This document shows positions 12,128 to 25,700 of a stretch of 64,000 nucleotides of DNA, in pieces. This DNA comes from Takakia lepidozioides (lineage: Eukaryota; Plantae; Bryophyta). The translations under genes were made by a program, and so were the position numbers. The stretch is from positions 23,746,001 through 23,810,000 of the forward strand of contig CM060732.1 of the NCBI GenBank assembly GCA_030704615.1, in the 5' to 3' direction. Under the pieces are notes generated by a model that was not told the origin of the DNA, ran no database searches, and worked only from the letters and a program-made list of their open reading frames with translations. Each line of letters opens with the position of its first letter. Within the stretch, counting starts at the first letter, position 1.

Positions 12128-12915
12128 ATGTCAACGTCGGAAATAGCCAACACAATAGACACTGTAACGGACCAAGAAATAACCCACCAAGACATGACAA
12201 ACATGATATATGACAGTTTCACATCCAATGACCATCATGCCCTAAAGGGGGGAACACATGGAAACGCCTGCCCAATAGTACAAACTTCCTCAGCGCCTTG
12301 TGGAACGTCCCTTCGGACTGTGAAGAAAGAGCAATCTTCGTAGGTATTGCAAAATTCCCCTACCTTGGCAAAACCGGGAATTACAGATTCGTGACATTCG
12401 CCGAAGAACTAAAAGACGCAAAATTGATAGAAGACAACCATTTCCTGTTCGACTACGCAAATACAATAATGGAATGGTCCGATCATTGGAGGAGGAGAGG
12501 CGATGACATGACGTGGATGGGTGGAAACAACATGAGCTTCACGAAAAAGCTCCTAAAAACTAACGCAAACAACTCTGGCTCGACGTCCGGTAACAACAAA
12601 CGTCAAAAAACAAACAACGACGAGATGTACAATACAATAGAAGTCCTTAACGAAAATGGCCAAAAAATGGATGGAGAATCCGTACGTTCAGGGGATCTCG
12701 TTGCAGTCAAGTGTAACATCCGATATTGGATGAATTTCCGTCACAAGAAACACGGGCTTTCATTCCAACTAAAAGGGGTCAAACTGTTGGCCAAAGCACG
12801 AGAGGAGACAGAGTCGAATGACGACAACTTTATAAAGACCGTCCTCCTTCTCCTCTTCAAAAAGTCTACATTTTGTCCCAATGCATGCTCACAACGGATA
12901 ATAAAAAAATACTGA
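12128..12915 (+). pseudogene. Helitron-linked ORF with putative OB-fold ssDNA-binding domain (one frameshift near 12300)
   Basis: ATG at 12128 (MSTSEIAN..) continues into ..IFVGIAKFPYLGKTGNY..IEVLNENGQKMDGESVRSGDLVAVKCNIRYW..HGLSFQLKGVKLL, then a short acidic stretch. The C-terminal pattern resembles phage gp2.5-type SSB beta-strands. Confidence 0.45.
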
Positions 12916-13128
12916 TTTATCATAGTCCAAATCTACTTGTTGTACCAAGACGACCCATGGAAAACCCCTCCAACTCCCTCCTCCCCCTACCAATCGAATC
13001 CGTACTCTCTCTCATGATCCTCGAGTATGGCCCATCCGTCCGGACGTCCTTCTCAGAAGTCGTCGCTAGTAGTGCGGAGCAACGCGAAGCCCTAGTCTCA
13101 TTCAAAGTCTACCAACATTAAACGAGAC

Positions 13129-13360
13129 ACCAACAGTCAGTAGCTCAGTTGGTTAAGTGCACTGAGTGCCACCCAGATGATTCTGGGGTCAAATCTTGCT
13201 ACTGACGGGTGTGGTATGGTTCCTAGGCAGTGTCCCACTCATTCGCCTCCATGGTGTATAAATGAAAGAGGTCATTTTCTCCTCTCACTTCTAAGGGGCC
13301 TGATTTGTGAGTTGTCGCTCCCAGGTGTTTCCCTTAATTTTTTTTTTAAAAAAAGAAAAA
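13129..13360 (+). mobile_element. tRNA-derived SINE
   Basis: A-box TAGCTCAGTTGG (13141), B-box-like GGGTCAAATCT (~13186), acceptor-stem-like GTCAGTAG..CTACTGAC, A-rich tail. TSD AAACGAGAC at 13120-13128 and 13361-13369. Confidence 0.85.
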
Positions 13361-13599
13361 AAACGAGACTATAAAACTTAGTAAATGGATAAATTGTTTG
13401 ATACTCCAATTCATCAATGCTACTGTTGATATTGATTGTGGTTTAAAAAACAGACTTAAAAACTTACGAAAAACCTGCGACAAAAATTATCCAAGTACAA
13501 TCTTTCTATACTTGAAGTTGAAAATCCAATCTGCCCCAAATGTCCAAAAAATCAAATCGGCGAAAGCCCAGCGGACACTTAAGAGGCTGTCCAAAAAGA

Positions 13600-14047
13600 T
13601 GTGGCAGCTTGCATTCTAGACCATGTGGTACATGGCATGGGCCCCACGTGGGTGCCACGTGCCCTAATATGAGAATATACTTCTGGAATGTTCTAAAGTG
13701 TAGAACGTTCTAGAGCGGGTCCCCTAGAACGTACTTGCCTAGTAGCTTAGCATTCTAGCACAGGCTAGAGAGGGCAGGTTGTACGAGGAGGACTGTACTA
13801 GAGCATAGGGGAGGCTGTACCAGAGGCAGGGAGTGTACCAGAGGCAAGGAGTGTATGCGAGGACCATGTAGGCGACCATGAAGCCAATGAAAGCAAAACC
13901 TTGGAGGGAGGCTCACTATCGGCGTTGGTTGTAGAGGTTGGCTGCAGCAGGTGGTGATAGGGGTTGGCTCCGTATCTAAGTTATCTGCTTCTCTGCTTCA
14001 TTTCATTGCTAAGTTCTTGGTGTGCTTGGTGACAAGGGTTGGGCACA
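13600..14047. mobile_element. possible solo-LTR-like insertion
   Basis: GC-richer island inside the AT-rich Helitron sequence, with TGTG..CACA ends and internal TTCTAGA and GTACCAGAGGC repeats. No TSD confirmed. Confidence 0.3.
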
Positions 14048-14099
14048 AACATGAGGGTTATTATATTCCATTATGGCGAGTTATACGTTTTTATTATGT

Positions 14100-15950
14100 T
14101 ACAAGATGTGTATGTTTTTTCTACCAAAAATTACATTTGCAATGGAGTTCGTTATATTCCATTACGACGTCGTATGAGTTGACACTGAATTTCTAAATGA
14201 TCCGAAGCGAATATGAAGCAAATAAAAGGCGCCAATTCACATATCATTGATGTTATGTCGAAGATATAAAATTGCCCTAACAAATGATAATATGCCTAAA
14301 TATCTTGTACCTACAAATGTTGTATTAAACAAAACCATTGACTCTGTTACAAAACTGAATGAATTAGAAGAAAGATTAGTAGCTCCACGTATGGTTTCTA
14401 CCAATTGAACGTTATGGACAATATGGACTTTGTGGAAGTATAATAAATGTACCTTCTAATGGAAATGAAGCACAGTCAAATTTCAATTTTACCTTGACTA
14501 CCACACGATTGGCATACTTTTAAAGTGTCGGCTTGAATATAAATTTACATATCTATCAAGAAATGTTCGTCCATTTCTATTATGTTAGATTTGCACGATC
14601 TTCTAAAGACCCCATTATATGCGGAAGCTTGTATGACCATTCGTCCAAAGTGGGTAGGTGTATTTGCAGTTTCACAACAGATGGAGCAAAACGTCCATCA
14701 TTATAATACCAACGACTTGAAAAAACATATTGATATAAATAATACTTTTGAAGAGGTCGAAGAAAACCCAACAACATATACTTTGATTGAAAATATTCTC
14801 ATTTCTGAACAAATTCAGGTATTCCATGCCGATATATTATCTATTGCTCCTAGACAACATTTTAAGCCATTGGGTCTTTTTCAAGACCCTCATAGTGAAG
14901 AACTTAATTTTCTATTTTATACTTTGGGTTTCCAAGATCTAATCAAATTTCTTCTTCTTTTAGTTATCAAGCTATAGCACAATTGGAATTGATGCATAAA
15001 GATCATAATTTTACGACTTACATACCAAACCTTGATTCATGGAGCTACATCATCGTCTTGGATTTGTATTCGAAAAGACAAACTTAATGGTAGAAAATTA
15101 AAAACAGTAGATCTCATAAACAAACCATATTTGGATAAATTATTGCGTTCTGATCTTGCTATAGAGATTTACAAAGACTACGAACATCACTTGATTATTT
15201 GGCTCCTTTACGAAAAGAAGCATTGCAATGGTTCGTCAGTTAGAACCACCAACATTTTTTGCTACATTTACAAGTGCTGAAAGCAAATGGATTCCATTAC
15301 ATGAAACTTTGCATTCGCTTAATCATTAAAATATATATTCCTGAGAATATAAATAATTTGAAATTAAAACACGTAGCTGAATTAATAAGATCAGATCCTA
15401 TTACAAGTGCACGATATTATGATCATTGAATGGGGGCTTTTAGAAAATTATGTATGAATGGCCCATTATTTTTGGTCAATTACAAGATTTTTCTTTGTTA
15501 GTGAATTCAAAGCTGAGGAAGTGAGCATGATCATGGTATGTTATGGATAGCTAATGCACATGTTTATAGAATAGATGATAATGAAAAATAATAATTTTCT
15601 GGTGGATAAATATATAATATGTGATCATAATTTACTTACACCAAATTTAAGAGAAACTCAAATCCATAAACATAAACGTATTTGTCGAAAAAGAAATCAA
15701 GCTGTATGTCGTTTTCACTATCCGTTGTTTCCTATGGATTCAACCACTATTTAAGAACCATTTACGGACAATTTGAGCGAAACTGATAAAAAACTTTATA
15801 AAGACATAACATCACAAATATTTATGGAGATGAATAACTTGATTTGACTACAAACATTATATTCAAAGATTTTTTTTCTACATTGAATATCTGAAAAGAC
15901 GTATATGTAAATGCTTTACATAGTAGATTAAAAAAACCAACAATAGAAAT
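14100..15950 (+). mobile_element. degenerate Helitron Rep (HUH) coding region
   Basis: Fragments LNELEERLVAPR, GSIINVP, DPHSEELNF, AMVRQL.PPTFF, DPITSARYYDH, EFK.*GSEHDHGMLWI (HUH motif), QIHKHKRICRK..VCRFHYP. Many stops and frameshifts; helicase part absent. Confidence 0.8.
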
Positions 15951-16258
15951 AGATGGATTTTCAAGTTTATTATGGATGAAAGTAGATTTCACAAAGATGA
16001 GCCATACGTGACTAGCCGCTTGTTTTATGACAAGAAGAAACATCCCTACATCGAACTAGTGCAGTTGCATGATAATAAAAATATTAAAAAATATTATTGA
16101 CTGTCATATATATATATATCAATGTAAAATAAGAGCATAATCTTTTGAAAATCACAAATCCATCTAGACATCCAGACATACGGAATGCTAGAACATAAGC
16201 CTATGAGCGTCCAAAGGTTCACAGGAGCCCAGTGCCATCTCCGACAACTGTGGCGGTA

Positions 16259-16264
16259 TGATAT

Positions 16265-16299
<35 letters not shown>

Positions 16300-16800
16300 A
16301 GAATAGGGGACAGAGGCCCTGATAAATTTTATTAATGAAGTAAGGACAAAATAATCTTACAAAGCCATGAAGGCTGAGAATTTATAATTGCGGATATGAT
16401 ATCTATCTCAATGGAGGCTAACATGACAATTAACCGTATTTCTGCAAATGGGAAAATGTAAGATGAGCCTGAAAACCCTTCCCCTGATTTAGCGAAATTG
16501 GTCATAGGATATTTGGAACAATTTGAGACCGGCACACATTCAAAGCCAAGAGGAGCGAGCAAATATACTGGAAACATCGCATCGATGTAAGACGGATAGT
16601 CGAACAACAACGTAGAGAGCAATAGCCAAAGATGATAGGAGAATGTGGACATTGATTTTATTTATATATATATATATACATATATATATAGCCGGATCAA
16701 TCATGGGAGGAAACCATTGTTGTCAAACAACACGGTTGACCCCCCCTCTTTCGCACATCTTGCATTCATCCCCCAAATAATTATATATACATATATATAT
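16259..16800. repeat. cluster of (TA)n microsatellites (16259-16296, 16663-16690, 16782-16801)
   Basis: Seen directly. Confidence 0.85.
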
Positions 16801-17016
16801 AGTTTGTGGTTTTTTGGAAGAATGTGCATAGTTGTAATAGAGAAGTGATACAGGTGACCATTGATTACCATTGTTTCTCCCCTTCTCTTGAACTTCTCTA
16901 AAAGATGGAAACGACTCAGATAGACAAGACAAATAGATGTACAAATTAAAAATGGACTTTTAAGAAGGTGATCTAGGATATTTCGGAGTTTTTGGTTCTT
17001 TAATTCCATTAAGAAT

Positions 17017-17314
17017 GCCTCTCATTTTAAGATAATAGGGTCTTCAATGGGCACGTGCGATGTGGCCGGTGAGCCCCGCACACGGACGCCCGGCTCCCCA
17101 GCACCCTGCCCGCCGTTGCCGCGCGGCCAGTCCCCCGCCCATGAGTCCGCTGCCCTCCAGTCTGCTAGTCCGTTGCTGGCCAGTCCGCTGCCCAGCAGTC
17201 TGCCAGTCCGCCAGTCTGCCCGCTAGTCCGCTGCCAATCCAGTCCGCTGATGGCGCAGGATCGCCACCGTCCATTCCCGTAACCCATCCGAGCCCTCCAT
17301 TTTTAGGGCTGCAA
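17017..17314 (+). repeat. left TIR of the MULE (~300 bp, internal deletions relative to the right TIR)
   Basis: Inverse-matches 29031-29439; rich in CAGTC(C/T)GC subrepeats. Confidence 0.9.
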
Positions 17315-17602
17315 TTCAAACCTGCATCCCTGCCGCCTGCCACTTGCCAGCAGCCGTGAACGTGCGCACTGTTCTCCTGGCACGTTGTCGATCGTGTCCT
17401 GTACTGCGGCGCGTTTCTTGCATGTTCAGAAGCGTGTCCTTTGTACTGTATAGGGCATGGACGTGGAAGCAAAACCCGATGATATACTGATCACGGAAAG
17501 CCCGCTTATACGGCCTCTTCGACAATGTTTGCAAACAGCAAAACCAGGACCCTTCAACATGAAGGATCTCCATTGGAAGAGTGAGACGCAATATATGGGT
17601 TT

Positions 17603-20600
17603 ATGGGTGTGCGAGTGAATGTTGAAAAGGCCTGCATACCTTGGGATAGAGTTGGTGACTTTGTCCTGGGAGAGGAGAGTTTGGAGGACTACCCCACTCA
17701 GTTTTGGGTGAATGTCCATTCTAAAGTGGAACCCGGCTCGCGAAAAGCACCCAGAGCCAACACATTTCTGTCCAGTATTATGTGTGCACCATCCTCAGTC
17801 CTTTTGACGTTTCATTGCATGTCTCTTGCCATTTTTTTGTTTCACGAGTTCTCTGATTTTATGCTTCCTCAAGTCGTTGGATATTGATTTTAGAATTTTC
17901 TGTCCAGGTATCAATGCTACTACAGTCCTGATGACAAGCGCACCAACAAGGCAATAGTGGAGGATCCAAAACAAAAGCGTGGAGGACCTCTTGTGGGTGC
18001 TGGAACATCTTGCCCTCATAAAGGCCCAATGAGCAAGAAGTCGGAGTATGGAGAGTCTTACAAGCGTGGTTGTCAATGCTGTTTCAAGGTCCAGCAATGC
18101 TATCTCGCCCCTGACATCTGTGTCCTCACGTACTACAACAACGTGGAGCATACAGATGCGCAAGGAAAACCCTCGCATGGGAAGTTCGCAGAGTTCAGGA
18201 ACACCCGCCACGCCTATGCACCACACATTAGCGAGGAATTGAAAGCCTGGGTCATCGAGTGTTTGTGCCGAGGCCTGTCGGTCGCCCAAATCATGATGGA
18301 GCATAAAGAGCACGTGATGAACAACACCGGCTTGGGCGATGCATGGACCCGCGATGATTTCTTGTTGGAGCAAGATGTTCGCAACCTTGCCAAGAAACGT
18401 GCGTGACAAACCTTCAAAAAGCACGCCGATGATGCGGAGAGTGTGCGCATGTGGAGAGACCAGAATCCTGCGTCTGTTTTTTTCTATCAAGAGGAGAAAT
18501 TAGAGCCAACATTCGAGCATTTTGATGGAGATTTGACATTCACTATTGGCATACAAACTCCGTGGCAGAAACGACGAATGCTGGAACTAGGACATGACCG
18601 TATCGTTGCATGTGATACAACCTTTGGGACAAATCATGACAAGGTACTATTCGAACAATTCCATGGACTTGTACGAGCATGATAGCATAGTACCATGCAA
18701 CATTCACATAAAATTTGGTGTGCTGACCATTTCTGTATGTTTTCATGTGTACGTTGCGGAAGACCGAGGGGCAGACCCATTGTGAACCGCTGCAGACCTC
18801 ATCATTCTTATGAAGTCTTCTCGTGCAGAACTGAGCGGAATTTGCATGCTCTGACCATCTTACATTGTGCAACAGTTCCCATTGTACACGTTGATGGTCT
18901 TCGATGAGTGGTTGAACAGTATACCAGTTGTCTATGTCCTATCCGCGAGGAATCGGACAAGAGACCTGGTTCCGTGGATGAGAGCCTTGCGCGATTAACT
19001 CCTCGCAGATTTGCCGAGCTGGCGACCCAATGCCTTCATTGTGGACGATGCCGAAAGAAATCAACGCTATTCGGTAAGTCTGTTGGTCCACAGCATCGGT
19101 CCATTGTCGAGGTCCACTGCAGCAGTCCATTGCTACAGTCCACTGGCAGACTCCTGTGGCGAAACCCAATGGCAGTTCGCTGGCAAATCCACTGGTAGTC
19201 CGCTGTCAAGTCCGCTCATCAGTCCCTGGCAAGTCCGATGGCAGTCCCGGCAAGTCCGCTCGGCAGTCCGCTGGCAAGTCCGCTGGCAAGTCCACTCAGC
19301 AGTCCCTAGGGTCGGCCGTCCGCTGCCAAGTCCACTCGGCAGTCCCTGGCAAGTCCGCTCGGCAGTCCGCTGTGGCAGTCCAATGGGGCAGTCCGCTGAT
19401 GCAGTCCGCTGCCCTAGTCCTAGCTAGGGGAAGTCCAATGGGGAAGTCCACTGGGTAGTCCAATGGGGTTATTCTAGCACATCAACGTCATGGCATTGTA
19501 CTGTCCACTGGGCGAGTCCAGTGGCTCTGCCCGCTGATACAGGTCGCTGTTACAGTCCACTCCGGCAGTCCACCATTGCAGTCCGATCCCAAGACTCTAA
19601 TGTGTACCATGTGTGTTGTGCAGAATTGTTTTTGAAGGAGTACTCATTTTCCTCTGCCTTTGGCATGTCCACAAGGCATGGGTGAAGCAATCATGCAAGA
19701 AAACGAAGGATCCGGTGACCGCTGTAAACTTGTTGAAGGATATGGGAGGCCTCATGTATTGTAGAGGGGGACCACGCAACGAGAAAAGAGCGCTTCGATG
19801 GGTTGCAAGGAGAATCCGTCGTATGAGGTCAAAATACCCAAAAGGACATGAATTTCTTGACTATATCGAATAGTACTGGAAGCCCAAAATAGCAATGTGG
19901 TGTACAACAGCCCGCCATGTCCCTCATGCGAGCCAAGATACAAACGCAAGCATTGAGGCATACCATGGAAATATGAAGGCAAGACTTGCCATGGGGAAAG
20001 GCAAGATGAGTGGTCGTAGAGTGGACTGGCTTATATGGGAACTCACTGGCCGTGTGCTAACACACTACTGGTACGCAATCCATTTGAAGACCCACGGGTT
20101 CATAAGAAATGACAAACACGAAAAGTACATATCCAGTTCTATACTTGCGGCAAGAGACATTCCTGCTGAGAGTGTTACTCTTCCCTTGGGTCCTGGTGAA
20201 CCAGAGTCCACGTTTCAACCACCCCGGCACAACATACATTGTTTACAATCCTGATTGCGATTGGGGTTGTTGCACGTGCCCATGGGCAATGAAGGGAAAC
20301 TTATGCAAACATCAGGTCCGTGTCCTGAAGATGCTTCACCCTGACCTGCAGGATGGCCTCCTTGTGCGCGCTTGTGGCACGGCGCTGGGAACCATTCATG
20401 GAGGATTACCTAACTTGCTCTTGGGCAATGGTGCCGGCGGCAACGACGAATCCAATCAGTTCATGGAAAGACATCCTCCGGACGACTTCCCGTACGACAA
20501 GGCACCTCTGGAGGTCTCAGCCTCAATGGAACAAGAATTCGCGGACATACTTTGCATTGTAGGTGATGACAAATACCTGGAGGCACATGCCCGATCTGCT

Positions 20601-20865
20601 CTGCAGAGGGCAGCTCGTTGATATCCTGGCGAAAAGTGCGGCTGGAATGTTGCATCCTGCGGCAGCGAAGGCTTTCCGTCCTCTGAACGACAACAACAAC
20701 ATGTCTCTGAAAAAGAGACGAGATTTCGTGGAGGCCTGGAAAGCCCGGCCTAGGGTTTTGCGGAGAACCAGCAAGAAGGTGTCTGCACCTGCACCTGCCA
20801 CACATATATACTCAAAAATTCGCAAGGTTTTAGGTCGTGTAGATGTCATGAAGAAGACAATATAA
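17603..20865 (+). pseudogene. MULE DDE transposase with SWIM zinc finger (intron-containing, disrupted)
   Basis: IPWDRVGDFVLGEE; KRGCQCCF..HTDAQGKPSHG; D1 ACDTTFGTN; D2 WRPNAFIVDDAE; CxxH FLCLWHVHKAW; E DTNASIEAYH; SWIM CCTCPWAMKGNLCKH. In-frame stops at 18404 and 19871 plus frameshifts. Confidence 0.88.
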
Positions 20866-21545
20866 GTCTGCAATGCATCGAAAAGAGACAAGGTTTCACG
20901 TCGTGTAGGTGTCACGAAGAAGACAATATAAGTCTGCAATTCCTCTGGTAGCATTGTCCCTTTCTGAAATACAAGTCTGCAATGGACTAATGCACAGTCT
21001 CCCAATGGACTCCTCCAGTCTCCCAACTGACTCCCACACAGTCTCCCAAGCATAGTCTCCCAACGGACTCATGCACAATCTCCCAACAGAGTCACAGTCA
21101 ACAGACTGCCAGCGCCAGTAAGCCAATCTGCTGGTCAGTCTGCTGTCCACTCCAAAAATCTGCTCACCACACTTCCACCTCATCCCTGCAACTCTTCCAG
21201 CAGACTGCTGGACAGACTAAGTCTCAAGCAGACTCATCCAGAACAACAGACTCAAAATGGACAGGCTCCAGTGGACTACCTCCCTAACGACTCATGCCAA
21301 TCCAGCGTCCTAGTGGACTCATGGACATGGTGCCTACCAGACTAGGTACCAGACCCACTAGTCCTAGCCTCGGCAGCGTACTGCTCGCACATTCAAGCTC
21401 AGCAGACTCGGGTGCACAGTGCATGGAAAAATTGACACCATTATGTCCATTGAGTTTAGTGACAACATTACAAAACATGCCCGCACCCACAGTACACAAA
21501 AGTGCTCATCACCACTGGAATAGTAAGCGAAAAGACTCGCATTTT

Positions 21546-22530
21546 TTATTTTGGTACATAGACTTCATAGGACAAGTACATCATACTCATGAGAGCAGTT
21601 TCTCTACATTGTCCAACCCCCGCACGATATACTGGGCACACTGCATTCGCTGCCCAAGTGCAAACTTGAAAGTAAACCAGTCCTTCGTGAAAGGTGTTCC
21701 TCTCTCTGGCTTTGTAGTCTTGGAGACATTTGCTCTGACTTTTACCCACTCATAAAACACTTGAATGAATGACATGACATAAAAGCCACACTCTCAGCTG
21801 AATGGTTGCTGGGGCATATCAGGCGCGTGGAACTGAAATGCTTGGACAATCTCATGCTACTCCGGCGAATCCATCGAGTACCCTAAGCACTCAGCATGAA
21901 GCTTCCGAATCCACCCTAGAACAAAGAGACATTTATGCGAGTCCCTGATAGAGTTCAAGTGAGTGTAACAGCCCTTGCGGAGGTCGATGATACAAACACT
22001 CCAGTGCCCCCTGCAATGGCGTCATTGCATAATCATGATGGGCAGACTCAGCAGACTGACACTTAGCAGACCGACCACTCAGCAGACTCAGCACTCAGCA
22101 GACTCAATGTTCAAACCCAGTCTATTGCACAAATACAGAGGTCAACTTAATCGCTCAGAGTCAAGACGACACTGCGAAACCAGACTATGACTCAGGAGAC
22201 AGTCTCAGCAGACTCGGAAGAGTTCTTACTCGTCCCCAATTGGCACCAAAATGAAATCACACTGTTTCAAGTCCTTGCCCAGTTGTTCAGTGCTGAGGCA
22301 ACCTTTCAAGACCTCCAGAAGGTTTTCACGTTGCCCCACCCCCAATGACTTCAACACCGTCCACGTTGACGTTGGAAGAACAGCAATAGTGTTGGTGAAC
22401 GCAGCCTCAACCGACTTCTCATAGAATCAACACCACAGCTCCAGGAGTCTATCTGTGTACTCCGACTCAACCTTCTGGAGCGCCTTTATGTCATCCGGCG
22501 ACAATCCGCATTCAAACCGTGGGTCCCCTT
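21546..22530 (-). pseudogene. Ulp1-like C48 protease exons within the MULE
   Basis: Minus strand: QCDFILVPIG, GHWSVCIID (catalytic His) and PDMPQQPFS*ECGFYVMSFI (catalytic Cys motif with a stop). Confidence 0.75.
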
Positions 22531-22785
22531 CAAAAAAACATCAGCATGGAATTACCCGCCTTGACGTGCAGGGCATGTGCTTTGCCAAACCGAGCACCCA
22601 TCCTGCACAGAGCAGACCATCCTTCGGGAAGCCTCATGTACTGAACAGACTGACGTCAACATGGTACCAAACACTCTACAGGCTGAACAGTTCATCAGAC
22701 TGACAAGACTAACCACAACAGACAATGATGAAACCAACAGCAGACTGACCAGCGTGCAGACTGACCACAACAGAGCGCAAAGCAC

Positions 22786-25700
22786 TTAACGACAAAGACA
22801 GACGAGGAGACTGAGCACAGTACTCACCTGTGCTGCTCCAAGAAACGACCCACATCTTTGTCCATGTCCAAGGCCAGCTTGCGGTTCTTGTTCATAAAGA
22901 CGCCAGACTTTTTCTTCGCCGGTCTCTTGGTACTCAGGACCCTCCTCGACCTCCTCAGCATGGTCCACGACAGTCCGCTTCTTGGCTTTGCCTCTTCCCT
23001 GGGAAGCAGGGACAGCTGTAGGCAGGCTGGATAGAGCAGACAAACGCAGCGCTGTCGCCCTACTTCGCAACAGAGGCTGGTCAGCAGGTTTGTTTACACT
23101 TGCTGGACCTGTCTTTGCAGCTTTGTGGGTCGCATGCGTAGAACTGACCCGCGCATCGAGGGGCGTGCTCACCCCCACACCTTTCTTGGTTGTCGATCCC
23201 ACGTTTGCAGCATGGGCGGAAGATGTCATGTCCTCAGAAGTAGACAGTCTGCCGACGGAGGGACGAACATCCTGTGAGGATACCGAGCAAAATGGCAAAT
23301 TAGCCCAATTTCACAATGTGCTAAAACATAAACAACAGTGCTGAAAGAGGAAATGGCACAACCTGCCCAGGGGTGAGGGAGCAGACTCCATGTAATCTAG
23401 CGCTATACCAGACGGTGTCTGCGCCGCATGTGGTTCATTGTCAGTGTGCCTGCCAGAATGTTCAGTCTGTTGCTCAATGTGGGCAGTCTGCTCGGCCGTC
23501 GGTTCTTCGTCAGTCCTTTCGTCTGTGAACTGTGCAGTCTGCTGGCAACTCTGCGGTTCAGTCTCTTCCTCAATGTGGGCAGTGTGCTCGGTGGCAGGTT
23601 GGTCGTCAGTCCTTCCCTCTGTGAAGTGTGCAGTGTGCTGGTCAGGCCGTGCCGTCTGCCGCTCCGAGCCATCCTGGTCACTCCTTCCATCTATGACCTG
23701 TGCAGTCTGCTGGTTAGTCTGCGGTTCAGTCTGCTCATCAATGAAGACAGTATGCTACCCCGCCACAGGTTGTTCGGCAGTCCTTCCATGTGTCCACTGT
23801 TCAGTGTGCTGGTCAGTCTGGTAGACAGCCGGCTGGGTGTTTGGATCTCCATGGACTTGGGAAACATCAAGAACATGTATGGAAGACCCACCGGCAATTG
23901 CTTCCTCAGACTCTTCTGTAAGATCTATGATACGGTTTTGCATTCTTAGATTGAGTTCGGTCATCATGTAAGACTCATCTATGGCTTTCGCCACTGAGCG
24001 CACGAAAACGGGACTAAGCTGGAAGGTCATAGAAGGCAGGCCACGAGGAGCTGGATAAGAATGCTTTACCGGTGACCTGATGACGTCGTCAGTGAATGTG
24101 CCTGGGAGAAAAGTGGACTCGGTCAAAACACTCATACTGGCAGATTCAAAAACATGTTGTTGGGAACTCAGCAGAAATTCGTCCACAGGGTCCCGGTGAG
24201 GCCAGCGCATCCGAGTCTGTTGCACAATCCAGGGAACAGACTGGCTGTTAGTCTCCTGGATAGTCTGCTCGGCCATCTGCTGAGTGGATTCACCAGTGTG
24301 CTGCACAGTCTGCTGAGGGACAATCTGCTGGCTGGATTCGTCGGTCTGTTGCACGGTCTGCTGAGGGGCAATCTGCTGGCTGGATTCGTCGGTCTGCTGC
24401 ACAGTCTGCTGAGGGGCAATCTGCTGGCTGGATTCGTCGGTCTGCTGTACAGTCTGCTGAGGGGCAGTCTGGTGGCAATGTTTGTTGGTCTGCTGCACAG
24501 TCGGCTGAGGGGCAGTCTGTTGGCCGGTTTGTTCTCCGGTCTGCTGCAAAGTCTGCAAAGTTTGCTGCCCGCTCAGTACTGTTTGCACATACTGAGTATG
24601 TGTGTGCGGGGCAGTCTGCCCACATGTGTCGTGGGGAATATGTTGTTGGACATTCTTGTGGCCAGTCTGCTGGACAGTCTTCCGAACTCCTTGTAAAGCC
24701 AGGACAAGGTCCCTTGCACCTCTGGCAAAAGAGTCGAAAGCAGCCTGCACTTGCTTGTCTCCCAGATCAACTCGCCCTGTAACACATGTTTATGCAAATG
24801 TGAACTTCTAAAAAAGTTGGCAAAAAAAATTGAGCTGAAACACGAAAGTTGCCCATAACATTTTACCTTCCAAGAGATTTCCGACGAGGCCAATGTCCTT
24901 GATTTGCTGGCACAGGCATGCTCCATCAAGATGAGCAATGACGCCGATGCGGTCTTCAGTTGGGATCCCACACCACACGACTTTGAAGACATTGGGATTC
25001 TGCAAAACAATGTCGAATACTGCTCGCTCCATCACCAATGCAAACCAGTGCAATGCGTCATCCACCACAATCTTCTGTGAATGGTCTGTTCCATGGAGTA
25101 AGTCCATCCTCAAACTATGCAGATCCTTCATCAACTTGTTGTATGAGCGGAAATTGCCAAATTGCATCCATCTGTGTTGTAGGAAGGAAGCTGCCATGTG
25201 CTCAAAGTCCTCCTCAGTAAATCCGAACAAGTGCTTTCTTCGCACCCCAAAGGTTGGATGTGCCATAGGCATATGTCTGAGGTCTTCAGGCCGTGGGTCA
25301 TCCATGAGAATCAGCTGCACAAGTAGAGGCGGCGCATTTTGGATGCTTGTGGCTTCAATGGCAACAGCAGAGGCGGCTTCCAAAACATGGTTGGCTTCCT
25401 CAATAGAAAACTCCATGGAATAATGAAAGGGTACAAATGACCACCGGCGGTCCGCAACAATCTGGTGGAGCTCATTATGCCAATCCAAATGGGGATTTAT
25501 TTCTCTCACCCTAAGCCGGGGAAGTGTGAGGTCTTAAGCTCCGGGTCGAATTACCGGTGATGGCGATCGGCAAACTGCAAAAACGCCGTGCTATGTGAGA
25601 GAAATGCAGTCTGCTGGTCAGTCTGCTGGTCCACAGTATGTTGGATGACATGACTTCCCATTGGCATGGGCTGCATGATGGGCTCCTGGAGAGGAGTCTG

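Noticed and set aside
13135-13208. Functional tRNA gene
   Set aside because: Degenerate T-arm and anticodon arm, followed by a body, A-tail and TSD, so it is a SINE head.
23403-24696. Plus-strand Leu/Ser/Cys-rich ORFs in the MULE
   Set aside because: By-products of the CAGTCTGCTG repeats; the minus strand carries the coherent gene.
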